Below are positions 1-14,162 of a stretch of DNA of 64,000 bases, piece by piece. The notes under the pieces were generated by a model, which ran no database searches, was not told the origin of the DNA, and saw only the letters and a program-made list of their open reading frames with translations. Numbering within the stretch: the stretch's first letter is position 1; the number at the start of each line of letters is the position of its first letter. Location: contig NC_068985.1 of assembly GCF_001194135.2 (NCBI RefSeq), positions 17,542,210-17,606,209 of the forward strand. Reading direction: 5' to 3'. The translations under genes and the position numbers were made by a program. This DNA is from Octopus bimaculoides (Eukaryota).

Positions 1-900
1 TTACTTTTCTTACTACCCGGAACCATTTCACTTGTTACCCATCCTTCATTCATTAATACTGTTCTATCCACCCACACTTTCATCAACACCCCCCACCACC
101 GAGCCAACAAATTATTTCTCCTCCTCCTCCTCCACCACCACCATCTGTCTTCCACTTTTCTCATGCACTGCACCTGCCTCTTCTCCCACCCACTCCTGCA
201 ACCTACCTTACAGCAGCATGTTATCTCTCTCTCTTGTCTTTTCCTGTCTACTGTATCTTATTCTGCTGCTTTGCACTGTCAGTCATCTCTTACTCTCCCC
301 GCCACCCCCTTAACTCATGTATCATTGGTCATCTACTATTCACTACATCAGCCCTTTGAACCTATCCAATCCTTTCAGTTATTACCCACCTCTCCTCACC
401 TATTCCCATCTCTTCCTCTTCCAGTCACAAACTCTCGCCCACACTCCTGGTCATTCAGTTCCACTCACACCTATCCACCTCATATTTTGAAACTCTACTT
501 AGATACCTCATCACCACTATTTTTATTGCGTTCCGGCTCCCACCAGATCACACCCAGATCTTCTAAAACATGAGTAGTCTTATAGCTCCTTTACAGCAGG
601 AAACCTATTCTGCTCTGGACTGTTCTCTCATACTTTTACCCTTCATCTCCAAGCATAAATCTGCTGTCTTGAAGTTAGTAGCCTTGCAAGCTGCATAGTA
701 ACTTCATTAGAGCTGATAGCATGAGAAAGCACATAGTATATGTTGTAAAGTGATTGGTGTTAGGAAGGGCATCTAGCCATAGAAACCCTACCAAAGGAGA
801 CAATGGAGAATAATGCAGTCCTTGGATGCATCATATCTTGTCAAACTGTCCAACCCTTGGTAGCAACAAACATAGGCTTAGATAATGATGATGATGATGA
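1..900 (+). mobile_element. Decayed retroposon: CT-rich body plus RTE-like 3' tail ending in (GAT)n (family D)
   Basis: ttggtgttaggaagggcatctagccatagaaa...gtcaaactgtccaaccc...gataatgatgatgatgatga at about 755-900. The same tail recurs many times in the window. A GA-rich (opposite-strand) counterpart of the body lies at about 4890-5210. Confidence 0.55.
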
Positions 901-2790
901 GGAGGAGGAACATTCGGTTATGTCAACCCCAATTCTTAGACTAGAACTTCTTTTCTCTGCTCCAGTAGGATTTGAACTTAGGATGTAAAGGGACATGACT
1001 AAATACTCTAAAGCATTTAATCTATCATTCAAGAGAGTCTGTCATCCATTGCCATAATGGTAATATAGAAATTATTCCTTTTTTTTTATTTTCCACAAGA
1101 ACAATGGATGAAAGGGGCATAAGGAGGAGGAGGAGGAGGACGACAACGACGACAATAACACTGTCTTTGGAAGAGTGAAAAATATGTATTTCATTCCCTG
1201 CAAAAAAACTGTTTTCTTGATTTCTGATTTCTATTTCAGAGTTCAGAGAAAATCGAAATGGTTTTGGCATGAATTTTTTAAATGGTTACAAAAGAGAAGA
1301 ACTGGTTTGTTATAAAGTGTTCTTTTTTAGTTTACAAAATACAAAATATCATTTAGGCATCAGAGAGAGAGAGACACACACACACACACACACTGACCAA
1401 TAGTGTGTGTGTGGCAAGGATTTTTGAGCAGATTAAATCCATAACTAGGTCTTCCTTATCTTTTGGATGATCTCCAAACTAAAACAATAAAAAAGCTGTT
1501 GGAGAAAATTAAACTTATGTAGGAACTCACGTATAGACTCATTCTTGCTGCCACAAACCATTGTCACTCTCTTCAGATTCCAGATTTTACTCTAACAGAG
1601 AGCAGGTGAGCAATTATTGACATTGCTCCATCAGACTGACAACAATCTTTTCAACACATATTCATATTACTTACTTGTAACTCTTGCAAACAACGTTTAG
1701 TATCTCTAATTCTCTCACATCCTCTCTGTTAACAGAAGTCTAAATCTTAAGAATATATTATGTATCAAATTAATTTAATTTCAGACATAGAACTTACAAC
1801 CACGTGCCAAGCTTCCAGAAGGCAATTGTTTTCCTTTACTCATATAGAGATTTACAATGGATAAGATATCAAGATTAAAATGCAAAGGAAAAGGTTACAT
1901 TATCAATTAACCTAGTTCATAATCACTGCAAGTAGCAGAGTTGTTACAACATAATGATAATTAAACCTCTTTCACCAAGAAGAAAAGAGATTAGGCTTTG
2001 TTTCAAGATGAGAGCTAGACACAATGCCGTTATCACTGCTATGATGCTATATGAGAAGTAGGTTGAGATTTAAACAGATTGGATTTGGATACAAGAGGTG
2101 CATTTTTAAATTAGCGCTTCCTACGCCCTCTCACAATTTATCTATATAAAACACACACACACACACACACACACATTTAAACTGCGCAGCAATGGCTGTA
2201 TGGTTAAGAAGTTCACTGTGCAACTATGTCGCTCCAAGTTTGATTCCATTGCAACATACCGTGTGTATGTGTCTACGACGATAGGATGGTGTCGCAAACA
2301 AATCCAAAGACCCAGTTTTTTTAGGATGTGATAGAGCAATAACAATAATTAATGAAATTTTAAAAAGCATCCTTATTTAATTGTCAGAAAATGAATTTCT
2401 TGTTTTAGGATATTGCAGGTTGAGACAATTGGCATTTCTCAATAGCAAACATTTTCTATATATTCTGACAGAAAATAAAGGTTATATGCCTTTAAAAAAA
2501 AAAGGGGGCAGGGGTTATCCTGTCAAAAGAGTAAATCACTGAAGTAATTGTCAAATTTAGTATAAGGTAGAAATGTGTGGGATGAAGATTTACTAAGCAA
2601 CCTGAAATTGATATGGCTGGAATGGGAGGGGAACACAGACACAACACCAATGCTTAAAGAGAATTAGAAACTTTAGAAACTCTGGGATACCTGAACATAC
2701 AAATCTTGATAATTAATTGCAGTTGTTCAAACCAATGGAGAAGCACAGTAAAACGGAGAAACTGAGACAGGAAGATGTCAAAAGTTAGAT

Positions 2791-3020
2791 TAGTTGTTCT
2801 CAACTGGGGTCCATATCAGATTTTGTTGTTAAAATTTATATGCAATAAATTTATTATACTTCTACAATATACAAAATATTTTAATTTATTTATACAATTT
2901 CTAATGATATTTGATTATATGATTATAATAGGGTTTTTAATCATCAAATGGCTACGAGGGTCCATCTGAGTAAAATTGGAATCAAAAGAGTCCATAAGAA
3001 AAAATGGCTGAGAAACAGTG
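2791..3020. mobile_element. hAT (Charlie-like) MITE
   Basis: Ends tagttgttctcaac / ggctgagaaacagtg. Flanked by agttagat (2783-2790) and ggctagat (3021-3028), a degenerate 8-bp TSD. Interior matches the copies at 26.6-27.1 kb and 33.5 kb. Confidence 0.7.
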
Positions 3021-4529
3021 GGCTAGATGGTGCTTAGACCAGTCCAGGTTAATCATTTAAAATATGATAAGGGCACCAAATAAGGGGGTCACCAAAGTGT
3101 TTTTTAAGTTCCAGATTTCTAATGCAGTAATTTTAAAAAATGAATTAAAAGTGTTGAAGATTTGTATGGATTCACTATCCTAAATATAAGTAGATAATTT
3201 GTTTATATAACTTACTGTTATTTTGTATTAAATTATTAAACATGTTATATTTGATAATATAACTGTAAGGCCTAGCTTGAAAGATGGCCTGGAATTTTTA
3301 ATGTATTACTTCACATTCAACAATTAATACATTGTCAGACAATGGAAAAGTTAGAGAGAGAGCAGCAGCAGACTGGGTTGTGCTTAAGGCATCAGCTGGC
3401 TCTCAATCCATTCTGTGTTCACAGTTCTTGAGAAAGCCAGAGAAAATTAATAGAAAACTGATGTAATGTTCACAGTTTACAAACTTCAAGTTTGTCTGCT
3501 ATAACGAAGAAGAGAGATCTGACACCAGAGCTTTTGCTCTTCCTCATACCAAACTAATTTCTCTCTTTGTAAACTGTTTCCATTTATTTATTAGCTGATG
3601 TAAATCAGCAATAGTTTCTCAGAATCTGCTGTTTCACTTCAATGTAATATAAGACTGTAAGCCTATTTTATAAAACACGGTGATAAGTTATGTAATGTCA
3701 GATACAGAATTGATACAAAAGTGATTAAAACTGATATCAGACATTTTAATGACCAATTTAAGATGATTTAAGATGCAACATTGAGCAAAAAGCTCACTAA
3801 CAGAACATGATCCATGTATACATTGCATGTCAGGTGACTACAGGAATAATTCCATTACAGAGCATCAAGAGTTGCTCTTTTATTCTGTCTCAAATTGATA
3901 TTTATAATGTCAAATCTTAACAATCCATTTGTGATGAAATTTCTTTAAAAGCCAATTTGAATATTTTTATCTTCTCTTATATTATAATTGCATGCTTTAT
4001 AAGAATATTAAAAAAAAAAAAAATTGACTGATGGTTAAGATTTGAACTCAAAATATGGCTACAATATTAGCAGGAAATTTGCAGGTCTTGATGTTTCATG
4101 AAGCCAAAGAATGTTTTATTTGAATGGAAATTATTTACCTGTTATAACATATACATGCTAAAAATCTCTAGCTTGAAACATAAGAAAAAAACTACAGCCT
4201 TGTCTTCAGTAACTTGCCTAGTTGAGAAAAAAACCCCTATAAAATGCAAATTTCTGTTGTTAAAATTTAAGGCTTTACCAAATACAGACAAAAAACAATC
4301 TCTAAGGGGGTAGGTGCACAGGAAATGGGGGAATGAAGAGTAAGGCTTTGACTTCTATAATACACTCTTTGTACATAATATATAAAATCTTTTTCTTTTT
4401 TTTTTTTGTAAATAATTATGAGAAATGATTACTTCATAACACTGGTAACTTGATTTTTAATCTTCAAGTAGATTACGAGTGCAATTTGCATGTCTTTTTA
4501 CTCAATATGTTTATTATAATCATCATTTT

Positions 4530-5210
4530 TATGTCCATTTCCCATGATAGCATGGAATGGACAGATTGTTATATTCCGAGTCAGTTCTTATTCAGAGATC
4601 CTGCCCACCTAGATGGATCAAGGGATTATGTTTTACTTGTACATCACATAAATGGTTATGGGTTCTATGGATGAATCTTCTTAACACCACTGTACTAGGT
4701 GCATTTTATCATGACACCCACAACCAAAGAGGGTATATGCCCCCATCCAGATCATAGGGTCACTTGAACCTAACTAGTCCCTACTCATCTGCCATCCACT
4801 TTACAGAGTGCACTGGATAGATTTTATCGTGAGACCTACACTATGGCCTTGTACCGCCCAAAGTGTCTAACTGCATTTCTGTGCATTCAAGGCAAAATGC
4901 CCAACAGAGCAAACAGGAGAAAAAGAGAGTGAAGGAGAGAAGAACCAGGTTGAGCTGGTGAAGAGAACGGGGTTGTTAATGGAAAAGTGGTAGAAAGGAG
5001 TATGAGAGGAGGTAGTAATGGCAAGGAGAAATGGAAGAGACACAGTGGCGAAAGGTACATGTTTGTTAGCAGAGAGGAGAGATCAAATAATGATAGTAGT
5101 TGAGAATGACAGGATAATAATAAATGGTTGGAGGAGGAGGAGGAGGGGGAGTAAAGTGATGGCTGGAGGCACAGCAAGGATGACGGAAGGGTGTGTTGGT
5201 TACTAACAAA
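4530..5210 (-). mobile_element. Decayed family-D retroposon
   Basis: ttcccatgatagcatggaatggacag...ctatggatgaatcttcttaacaccac is the reverse of the D tail, followed by the GA-rich body. Confidence 0.5.
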
Positions 5211-5814
5211 GTGTACATGTATTTCTGTACTTGTGTTTATAAATGTTCATGTATGAATATGTGTGTCTATCTATGCACCTGAATTTACACACATGTACAC
5301 ACAAAAGGAGTAGAGTGAATGATGTGATTGTGTCATATTGAATGTACAAGATATACTGGACCAGACATGTGGTGAGACTCTCAGATAACTAGTGGACCCA
5401 TGCAGTTGTCAAATAATATCCAAAGAGATCAGAGGAGGTCACTCAGACAAGTTCCAAGATTATGAGAAGATGACACAGCCAAATGGAAGAGAAGGGCATG
5501 GTTAAGGGGAAAAACTGAAGTGCATTGTGACCAAAAATGTATACAAACAGCATATAAAAAAAGTTTACATATATACAAATACAAATATACATACACACAC
5601 ACACGTGTGTACATGTGTATTCACACATACACCTACGTAATGCATACAATATACATCATTTCACCAATAATGAGATACATGTTTATATATATAAACATGT
5701 ATATACACACACTCAGATAAGACATACATATTGATGGTAACATTACAAATTTGGGACTTTTACCAATGGTCCAAATTTTGGTAATAAGCATGGAGAACAA
5801 AGCAACAAACTTAC

Positions 5815-6204
5815 ACAGGCATGGCTCTGTGGTAAGAAATTTGCTTCCCAACCACATGGTTCCAGGTTCAGTCCCACTACATGACACCTTGGGCAAGTGC
5901 CTTCTACTATAGCCTCAAGCTGACCGAAGCCATGCAAATGAATTTGGTAGACGGAAACTGAAAGAAGCCCATCATGTGTGTGTGTGTTTTTGTCCCCACC
6001 ACTGCTTGACAATCGATATTGGTGTGTTTACTTCCCCATAACTTAGCAGTTCAGCAAAGAGACCAATAAAATAAGTACCAGGCTTCAGAAATAAACAAGT
6101 AAATAAATAAGTGCTGGAGTCAATTCATTCAACTAAAAAGATCCAAAGCAGTGCCCCAGCATGGCCACAATCAAAGGACTGAAACAAATAAAAGAGTAAA
6201 AGAG
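5815..6204 (+). mobile_element. tRNA-derived SINE, family A1, full length
   Basis: Head ggcatggctctgtggtaagaa...ggttccaggttcagtccc (A/B-box-like), then caccttgggcaagtg, an internal (TG)n spacer, and tail ...ccagcatggcc...gactgaaacaaataaaagagtaaaagag. Confidence 0.85.
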
Positions 6205-6386
6205 AACATGGTATAAGTGCATGATATTCTCCATAATATTTATTTTTACATCAAGCAAGGAAGTGAAAAATCAAAGTGACCAAATGACTTCACTATAAAC
6301 CAGCCTTGCAGCCACTTACATTACAAAAGAGTTGTCATCAACAAGTTGCCTTCTAACACCTACACAGTTTTGGGTACATTCATAAG

Positions 6387-6700
6387 TGCAGGTGTGGCTG
6401 TGTGGTTGAGAAGACTGCTTCCCACCCTTTCAGTCTTAGGATCAATCTCAATGCATGGCATCTTGAGAAAGTACCTTCTGCTATAGCCCTAGGTTGACCA
6501 AAGCCTTGTGAAGGACCTGCTCAACGGAAACTGAAAGCCCAATGATGTGTGTATGTCTGTGTGCATATGCGTGCCCTTGTCTTGACATGACGTGATGATT
6601 GTAAATGAGTAGCACCATCATAAAAGTGGTGCCATTCATTTCCGGTCTTCTGTGAAAACTATGTCCGGCCATTGGAAATATGATGATGATGATGATGATG
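6387..6700 (+). mobile_element. SINE with A head and alternative tail (family A2)
   Basis: Same head as A1, but continues cttgacatgacgtgatgattgtaaatgag...tgtgaaaactatgtccggccattgg, ending in (GAT)n. Confidence 0.7.
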
Positions 6701-6840
6701 AGGATGCAACTGACATTGTAAGTCTTTCCCAACCAGGGTGCCACAAGAAGTCACAACAGGTTTTGCAAGAAATAGTGATAGGCTGAATATATGCTAATGC
6801 ATTTTTTAAACCATTTTATGTTTCATTTTATACTTGTGCC

Positions 6841-7030
6841 AGGCGAAATGCTTACTAGCATTTCATCTGTCTTCACATTCTGAGTTCAAATTCTGCTAAG
6901 GTCAACTCTGCCTCTCATCCCTGTGGGGTCAATAAAATGAGTACCAGTTGAGTACTAGGATCAATGTAATCGACTTACCACTTCTCTTGAAATTGCTGGT
7001 TTTGTGCTAGAATTTGAAATCAATATTAAA
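6841..7030 (+). mobile_element. tRNA-derived SINE, family B
   Basis: gcgaaatgcttactagcatttcatctgtcttcacattctgagttcaaattctgctaaggtcaac...gtaccagttgagtactaggatcaatgtaatcgactt. Other copies at about 30405-30615(-), 39603-39965(+, two), 42410-42612(-) and 61168-61875(-, three). Confidence 0.8.
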
Positions 7031-9352
7031 TAATGGGTAAGGGTATGTCAAAAGGAATATAATAAACATAGAGAGATCAGTACTCAGACCAGATCAAATA
7101 CTTAAAATCCAACATGAAATGATGGGAGACATCCAAGTAAACAAGAGCTGACTAGAGGAAATGCACAATGCACACTGCTGCATCTGTTGATCACCACATC
7201 CCAGAAACAGCTGTAAAGAACTACCTTTACTTTTCTCTCTTCACTGTGATTTTCACTTATCCAATCATCAGATATCTACCCACCTATGAAGAACTACTAT
7301 GGGCTTTCATTTTCCTGCTTTCTTGCTTAATTATATTTATACTTATATCTGTATTATTAATTTATAAATAATTTGATACCATTAATAACTGCTTGCCCAT
7401 CTTTTATTTTATTTTACTAACCAATATTATGTATAGTAAATACTATTTTTGCTGAGTTCAATAAAAACTAGGAAGTGTGATGATATTGGTCTCAGCAGTT
7501 ATACATTATAACTGTCATCTTGTTTATCTTTTATTTGTTTCAGTCATTAGACTGTGGCCATGCTGGGACAACACCTTGAAGAATTTTTAGTCGAATGAAT
7601 CAACTCCAGTACTTAATATTTTTTTTTTAAAGCCTGGTACTTTATTCTATTGGTCACTTTTGCCAAACCACTAAGTTACAGGGGCGTAAACACACCAACA
7701 CTGATTCTTAAGGTGAAATCATTAACACAAATAAAAGGTTGGAAAAAAAAAACAAAAAAAAAACAGTAATAGAAACTACTGCCTATATGATAAATTTAAA
7801 GACAAACATTATTTAAACCGTTTTAGGATGGCTGAATTAGGCATAAAATTTACAGTGTGTTCTTCTAATTTGATATTCTGAAATTGGTTAGCTAGCTGGC
7901 TCTGACAGACAGCAAAGGCAGCCCATACAGTGGTGCTTTTGTCCTATCTAGATATTTATTCCTGGTGAATAAATAGGTTAGGGTGCTGAGATTCCAAGAG
8001 AGAAGAGTTTTAAAAGGAAATGATTCATCAGAAAGTTGTTGTCACTGACCTACTGATGCTGCTGGGATTTCATTTCTACTTACATCAAGCTTCTACACTG
8101 TTATTGTCCACCCACCCCTCTCTCACCTTCTCAACTCTTCCTTCTCTCTCATTTATAACTATCTCACCAATACTTAATTCTCTTATGAGCGCTTCTTTTT
8201 TCTTTTTCTTTTTTTTTTTTGTGCCAGCTTATCCATTTATTTCAATCTCTTCTACCATTATACTGTCCTACCACCAGCACCAGTATGTTTTGAGATAAGA
8301 CTTTTCCCCTCTTATCAGAGAAGCTACCACCACTAATAGTGGCACAACATTAATATTAATAACAACTACATAGCAGTAACTTAAGCAGTACAATACATTA
8401 TAATTCTAGGAAAGAGAAGGCTAAAGGAGAAAGAGACGGGATGAGAAATAGAGAAAAGAAAAAGAAGAAAGGCATATAACAGTCTGAAGTAGAAGAGACA
8501 GCACAGAGAAAAAGGGGGGAAAGAAAGCAGAATAGTATATAAGTTGGTGATAGTGTACATTCTACCGTTAAGAGGCTTTGATATGAAGCTAAGTTATGTA
8601 ACATCTGTAGAAGGATATACAACCATTAATTTTCTTTGGTTATTAGCTATGTGAATTAATTTCCAGCGTTACTTTTTAAAGTCAGGAGGAAAAAAAAAAA
8701 GGAAGTGAGAAACTAAAATAATTCTAGCACATTTTGTTTGACCTTTTACTTACAAAACACAGAGAAATGGCTAGTGTGCCATGGAAGAAATATAGAATGA
8801 ATAGCAATAGAAAATGCCTACTTAATTATAAATACATATATTGTAGTCTCCAGGTATCTTCATGTTCTAGTAATTTTTTTTTATTATTTTTAAAAAATTA
8901 TATTTATATTCATTGCTTTTGTAAAAGTTATTTTATAAAATTATCTTATGACATGAGAGGGACAGGCAGTTTGTCTTATGTTATTAGAGGACTGGGCCGT
9001 CCTGGCATCTCAGCTTCCATAGTCTGAAATTTGGCTGTTTCCTCACCAGATAAGGTCATACATTGTTCAAATGATTTAATGATAATAATTACCATTTTCA
9101 CTTCTTCCTTTCTAATATGGAGTCAGGAGATATTAAATACATTATCTATAGAGAAAGGAAAGGAATGTCAAGCAACAGGTTTCCTCATCTCTCTATGAAT
9201 GTATGTCACATGAAAGCTGAAGATTTTACAACCGAAATATGAAAATTCAACCAAGGCTGTCTACTTCCATATAACTTTAAAAGAAAAATAAATCTATTTT
9301 AAAAGTTAAGATTAGATTTGTTTTCTCACTATTAAAAGTCAGCAACTCCCTT

Positions 9353-9444
9353 AGATAGGCCTCATTCTACATCATATATATATATATATATATATGGGAG
9401 AATATATATATATATATATATATGATGTAGAATGAGGCCTATCT
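9353..9444. repeat. Perfect 43-bp inverted repeat with 6-nt loop
   Basis: agataggcctcattctacatca + 21 nt (TA)n / gggaga / exact reverse complement ending tgatgtagaatgaggcctatct. Confidence 0.95.
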
Positions 9445-9492
9445 GGAAAATTATTATATATATATATATAAAATTCTTAAATTAGAACATTA

Positions 9493-9728
9493 TTCTTTTA
9501 CTCTCTTTTTTACTCTTTTACTTGTTTCAGTCATTTGACTCCGGCCATGCTGGAGCACCGCCTTTACAGTTGAGCAAATCGACCCCAGAGCTTATTCTTT
9601 GTAAGCCTAGTACTTATTCTATCGGTCTCTTTTTGCCGAACCGCTAAGCTATGGGGACGTAAACACACCAGCATCGGTTGTCAAGCGATGTTGGGGAGAC
9701 AAACACATACACACAAACATATACATAC

Positions 9729-9814
<86 letters not shown>

Positions 9815-10600
9815 GACGGGAAATAAATATATTCTTTTATTTGTTTCAATGATTTGACTGCAGCCATGCTGGAGCACGGCCTTTAATCGAACAAATAGAC
9901 CCAAGGACTTATTCTGTGTAAGACTAGTACTTATGCTATCAGCCTCTCTTGCCGGGCCGCTAAGTTACGGGGATGTAAACATACTAACATCAGTTGTTGA
10001 GCGATGGTGGGGGGACAAACACAGACACACAAACGTAAATATATTCTTTCAGTTTCCATCTACCAAATCCACTTGCAATGCTTTGGTCAGCCGAAGGATA
10101 TAGTAGAAGACACTTACCCTAAGTGTCACACAGTGGGACTGAACCAAGGACCATATGGTTAGTAAGCAAGCTACTTACCACACAGCCACTCCTGTGCCTA
10201 TATATAACTTTTTAAATTGTTTCAGTCATTAGACTGTGGCTATGCTGGGGTACTACTTAGAAGAATTTTTAGTTGAATAAATCAATCCCAGTACTGTTTT
10301 TTGTTTGAAGCCTGATACTTATTCTATCAATTTCTTTTGCCGAACCACTAAGTTATGGGGTCATAAACACACCAACACCAGTTGCCAAGTGGTAGAAGAC
10401 AAATGCAGACACAAGGACACACACATATATATATATGATGGGCTTCTTTCAGTTTGTCTACCAAATCCTCTCACAAGGCTTTAGTTGACCCAAGGCTAGA
10501 GTAGAAGATGCCCAAGGTGTCATGCAATGGGACTTGAACCCAGACTGGAACCATGTGATTAAGAAGCAACCTTCTTGCCATACAGCCACACCTGTGTCAA
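9493..10600 (-). mobile_element. Three head-to-tail A1 SINE copies (one tail-only, two full) with (TA)n spacers
   Basis: The tail motif ttttacttgtttcagtcatttgact..ggccatgctggagc or a close variant occurs at about 9520, 9835 and 10215. Heads end near 10198 and 10598. Confidence 0.85.
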
Positions 10601-11499
10601 TATAAATATGTGTAAGTGTGTGTATGTGTATACACATACATAAAACATACTATAATCAAATATTCTTTAAACATGTAGGCATTTTACACACATACACACA
10701 CACATGCTTATATACATAGAGTGGACTATATATTCTGAGAACCTAAAACTGGCAGAGCACACAACAGAGAACATTTTTTTCCCTTCAGTTTTGAACACAA
10801 GGGTTTAATGTGCCTGATATAAAACAAAGTAAAAAAGAAATGAGGAAAGAATAAACACAGCTAGAAAATACTCCTATTCACTATGAAAACACAGACAAGG
10901 TTTTTAATCCTTGTCTTTGTTAAACTATTAAAAATGAAATCGTTCTTAAATATTATCATGACATCTCTGTTCTATGACTCAAAGCTGTTTTTGAAATATT
11001 TTCTGAGGACAATTTAAACTTTGTTTGAATGTTATGACCTATTGTTGAATGTAGCTTTTTATCTTCTTAATCTTTTAAGATAATATTAACTATTAATGTA
11101 TGATAATTTGCATACAAAGTAAGCAACAGCATTAATTACAACATTATGTTTTCCTCCATAATTATTAATTACTATTAAGGAGAAACAAAATGGGTTTATA
11201 GGTCTATTAATTTCATCTTTTTAGGTTTTGTTTACATCGTATGAAAATGTAGAAGATTCAAGAAATAAGAAATAAATCATTTTAATGGTGAATCTCAGAA
11301 GTTGATATAGCTATAAATTATATTGTGTAGTACATTGGGTTAAGAAAAAAACCTTGATGGGAGAAAAAAAAAAAGGTTGACAGCTATCCTTTCTACATGT
11401 AGTCTTCAGTCATCTTCCCAAATCAGTTTCATACCCTTCAGACAGCCATCCACTTTTTATTTTTTTCCATCCAATATATTACATGCCATTATTGTGTGT

Positions 11500-11785
11500 G
11501 TGTGAAGGTATTGGCTTAGGGTATTTGGCTCCCAATCATAAGGTCTTGATTTCAATTCCTGACAGCACATTGTGTCCTTAAGCAAGGCACTTTTCTTTCA
11601 TGTTGCTCCAGTCCACTCAGCTGACAAAAATGAGTTCCACTAGTAATTCAATGGGCCAGCTTTGTCACATTCTGTATTACACTGACCCTTACACAGAACT
11701 ACATTAAGGAGTATGCACATTTGTGGGGGTGCTTAACCACTTGCATGTAAATTTCACAAGCAGGTTGTAACCGGCAGAGTTCCAG
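11500..11785 (+). mobile_element. tRNA-head SINE with CORE-like central block, family C (tail type 2)
   Basis: ttgtgtccttaagcaaggcacttt...tgttgctccagtccactcagctgacaaaaatgagt followed by ggccagctttgtcacattctgt...ccacttgcatgtaaatttcacaagcagg. Similar copies at about 25860-26100 and 44160-44410(-). Confidence 0.75.
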
Positions 11786-11856
11786 TTTATATATATATAT
11801 ATATATATATAAAACACACACACACATTTAAACACACATACATTTCCACAGAAGGT

Positions 11857-12262
11857 AGGCACAGGTAAGGCCATGTGGTAAGAAGTTTGCTTCCCAACCA
11901 CATGGTTCCGGGTTCAGTCTCACTGCATGACACCTTGGGCAATGTCTTCTACTCTAGCCTCAGGCCAACCAAAGCCTTGTGAGTGGATTTGGTAGATGGA
12001 AACTGAAAAGAAGCCCATTGTAGATCTATATATATATTTATGTATGTCTTTGTGTTTGTGTCTGTCCTCCATCACCACTTGAAAACCAGAGTTAGTGAGT
12101 CTATTCCCCAGTAACTAAGCAGTTCAGCAAAGGAGACTAATAGAATAAATGCCAAGCTTAAAAAGATAAGCAGTGCAGTTGATTTATTTGACTAAAAATT
12201 CTTCAAGGCAGAGCCCCAGCATGGCCACAGTCTAATGACTGAAACAAGTAAAAGATAAAAGA
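11857..12262 (+). mobile_element. A1 SINE, full length
   Basis: Head gtggtaagaagtttgcttcccaaccacatggttccgggttcagtc through tail gactgaaacaagtaaaagataaaag. Confidence 0.85.
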
Positions 12263-12454
12263 TCCTAAGACAGGTTAAAGAACACTCAACTACATTGATG
12301 GTATTGTCAGAGACGTAACATGAAACAGAGGACCTACCAAAGAACAGTGGTATTGTGAAATACATCACTTGAAGATTTCTTTATAAATTACATAAGTTAG
12401 GTTGGGTAGTCAAAAGTCATTCATAAATAAGAATTTATCTTAGCTTCTCTTTCA

Positions 12455-12668
12455 TTAACTTTTCAGCATAGCTGGCCAAAATATTCTACCTGTTTTATGT
12501 TTGAGCTGGCCAGATATGGCCTCTCACACTAACCTTACAATATCATTAAGAAAATGAAGTTCCTTCATTAAAATGTCAAAGCTACATGATAATGCATGAA
12601 TAATTCAAAACAATGTAAATAAATAAGCATTACTTTTCACAGAATAATGTAAATTGTTAAAGGGTTAA
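12455..12668. mobile_element. TTAA-flanked MITE (piggyBac-like termini)
   Basis: Runs from ttaactttt to ttaaagggttaa. A homologous copy lies at about 40959-41186 (cactttagcattt...tgctaaggggttaa). Confidence 0.6.
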
Positions 12669-14162
12669 TGTAAAATGATGATACCAACATTCATACAAAC
12701 TGCCTGAAGTTTTTTTTTTTTTTTTTTTTTTAGTGGATTGAAATTGTATGGTTTAAAACCATACAAAAGTAAAAATGGGTTTAAAATGTTACTTCTTTCA
12801 TTAATGAAATCAAATAAGATGCCTGAATAATTAAGCCAATATTACATTCCTGAAAGGTAAAAATTGATTACTGATAAAAGCCTACAAATTTAGAAAATTA
12901 AAACCAATACAATTCCTTAATGTCATTGAAACTGAAGCAATTATAGATCAATCAAGTTCAGATTGAGTCAAAAGGAGACTTCTATGAGATCATGATCATT
13001 CAATCTGCTAGATACAGCAGCCAATATTCCTTCAAATTATATCCTACCATTTGAAACAAAGAAGAGAAGCAGACCCATGTCTTAAACACCTTTGATCATT
13101 TACTCAATAAGGGCTTACTTGGAGTTAAATAAGATTAGATGTCAATAAAGTTATTAATAATAAACAATGAAATGAGAAAAGCAAATATTGTCTGTTTCTT
13201 AAAAATCACCAAGCTGACTTTTAGCGTTCTTGGGTACAAGGCTATAAATTTGAAGGAGATGGATACATTCGATTGAATGACTGCTACTGATTCTACCAAC
13301 CAGAGAAGGATAAAACAAAGTCAGCTCCATTAGGACTTGAATTGAGAGAGGTGAAACTAAATACTAAACTATTTAGTCTGGTTCTATATTGTTTATTCTT
13401 TTTACTAGTTTTAGTCATTTGGCAGTTCACATGCTGGGGCAGTGCCATATTTCTGCAGCTTCTCCACCTTTTGGAATACACTGATGTCTGATAAAACCAA
13501 TAGAATTTTTAAAAATAAGGAAACTATGGGCAATGGGTCATGATATTTATGCCAATAATCTTATGATAATGATGCCTATGTATCAATAAGTATTCAAGTG
13601 TCCTAAAAAAAACCCCAAAAAAAACTCTCCTATCACCCTACATCAGTAAGTTAAAATTCGCACCCAGTGACCTCTTTGTAGAAGTAATGAACTTACTAGC
13701 CTGTTAGTTCAACCACCTACTCTGAAGATATGTAATAGACAGTGTAAGTTAGAAGATAGAAGTGGCAGGGAAAGAGAGAAACAGAAATATCTTTCAATTA
13801 CAGACAATTTGTTGAATAAGCAGCTGACATGTGGTTGCTCCAATTGCTGAAAATAGCAGCCAAAACTCTCACAAATCACACCCTACCATCTTAAATAGTA
13901 GAATTATTCAAGCATTTCAAAATTGTTTAAAGTACACTTATTACAGGAAATGAGAGATTATGAATGCAGAAAGTATGTGTATCTTAAAAGTTAACTAGTG
14001 CTGTCATAATACATTAACAAGTGTCATTACTTTATTAAACCCTACAATCAATTTAGTGGAAGATATATAAATCAACATTACTGAACCAAGGAAGCTTTTA
14101 TGTAGTCACTCAGTTTGATAGAAATAGAAGCTAATATCCCAATCAAATCACAGCACACTACC

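Noticed and set aside
1675-1739. Possible 65-nt minus-strand exon (tttag...GTAAGT) reading TSVNREDVRELEILNVVCKSY
   Set aside because: No recognisable homology; perfect GTAAGT hexamers are expected many times by chance in 64 kb of AT-rich DNA.
5815-5890. tRNA-like A/B-box sequences at SINE heads
   Set aside because: They continue into SINE bodies and do not close a cloverleaf with an acceptor stem; no true tRNA, rRNA or snRNA gene was recognised.
8960-9165. Strong minus-strand acceptor (ttcctttcctttctctatag) near a protein-like stretch MTLSGEETAKFQTMEAEMPGRPSPLIT*
   Set aside because: The frame carrying that peptide is closed by a TGA just after the acceptor, the other frames stop quickly, and no homology was recognised.
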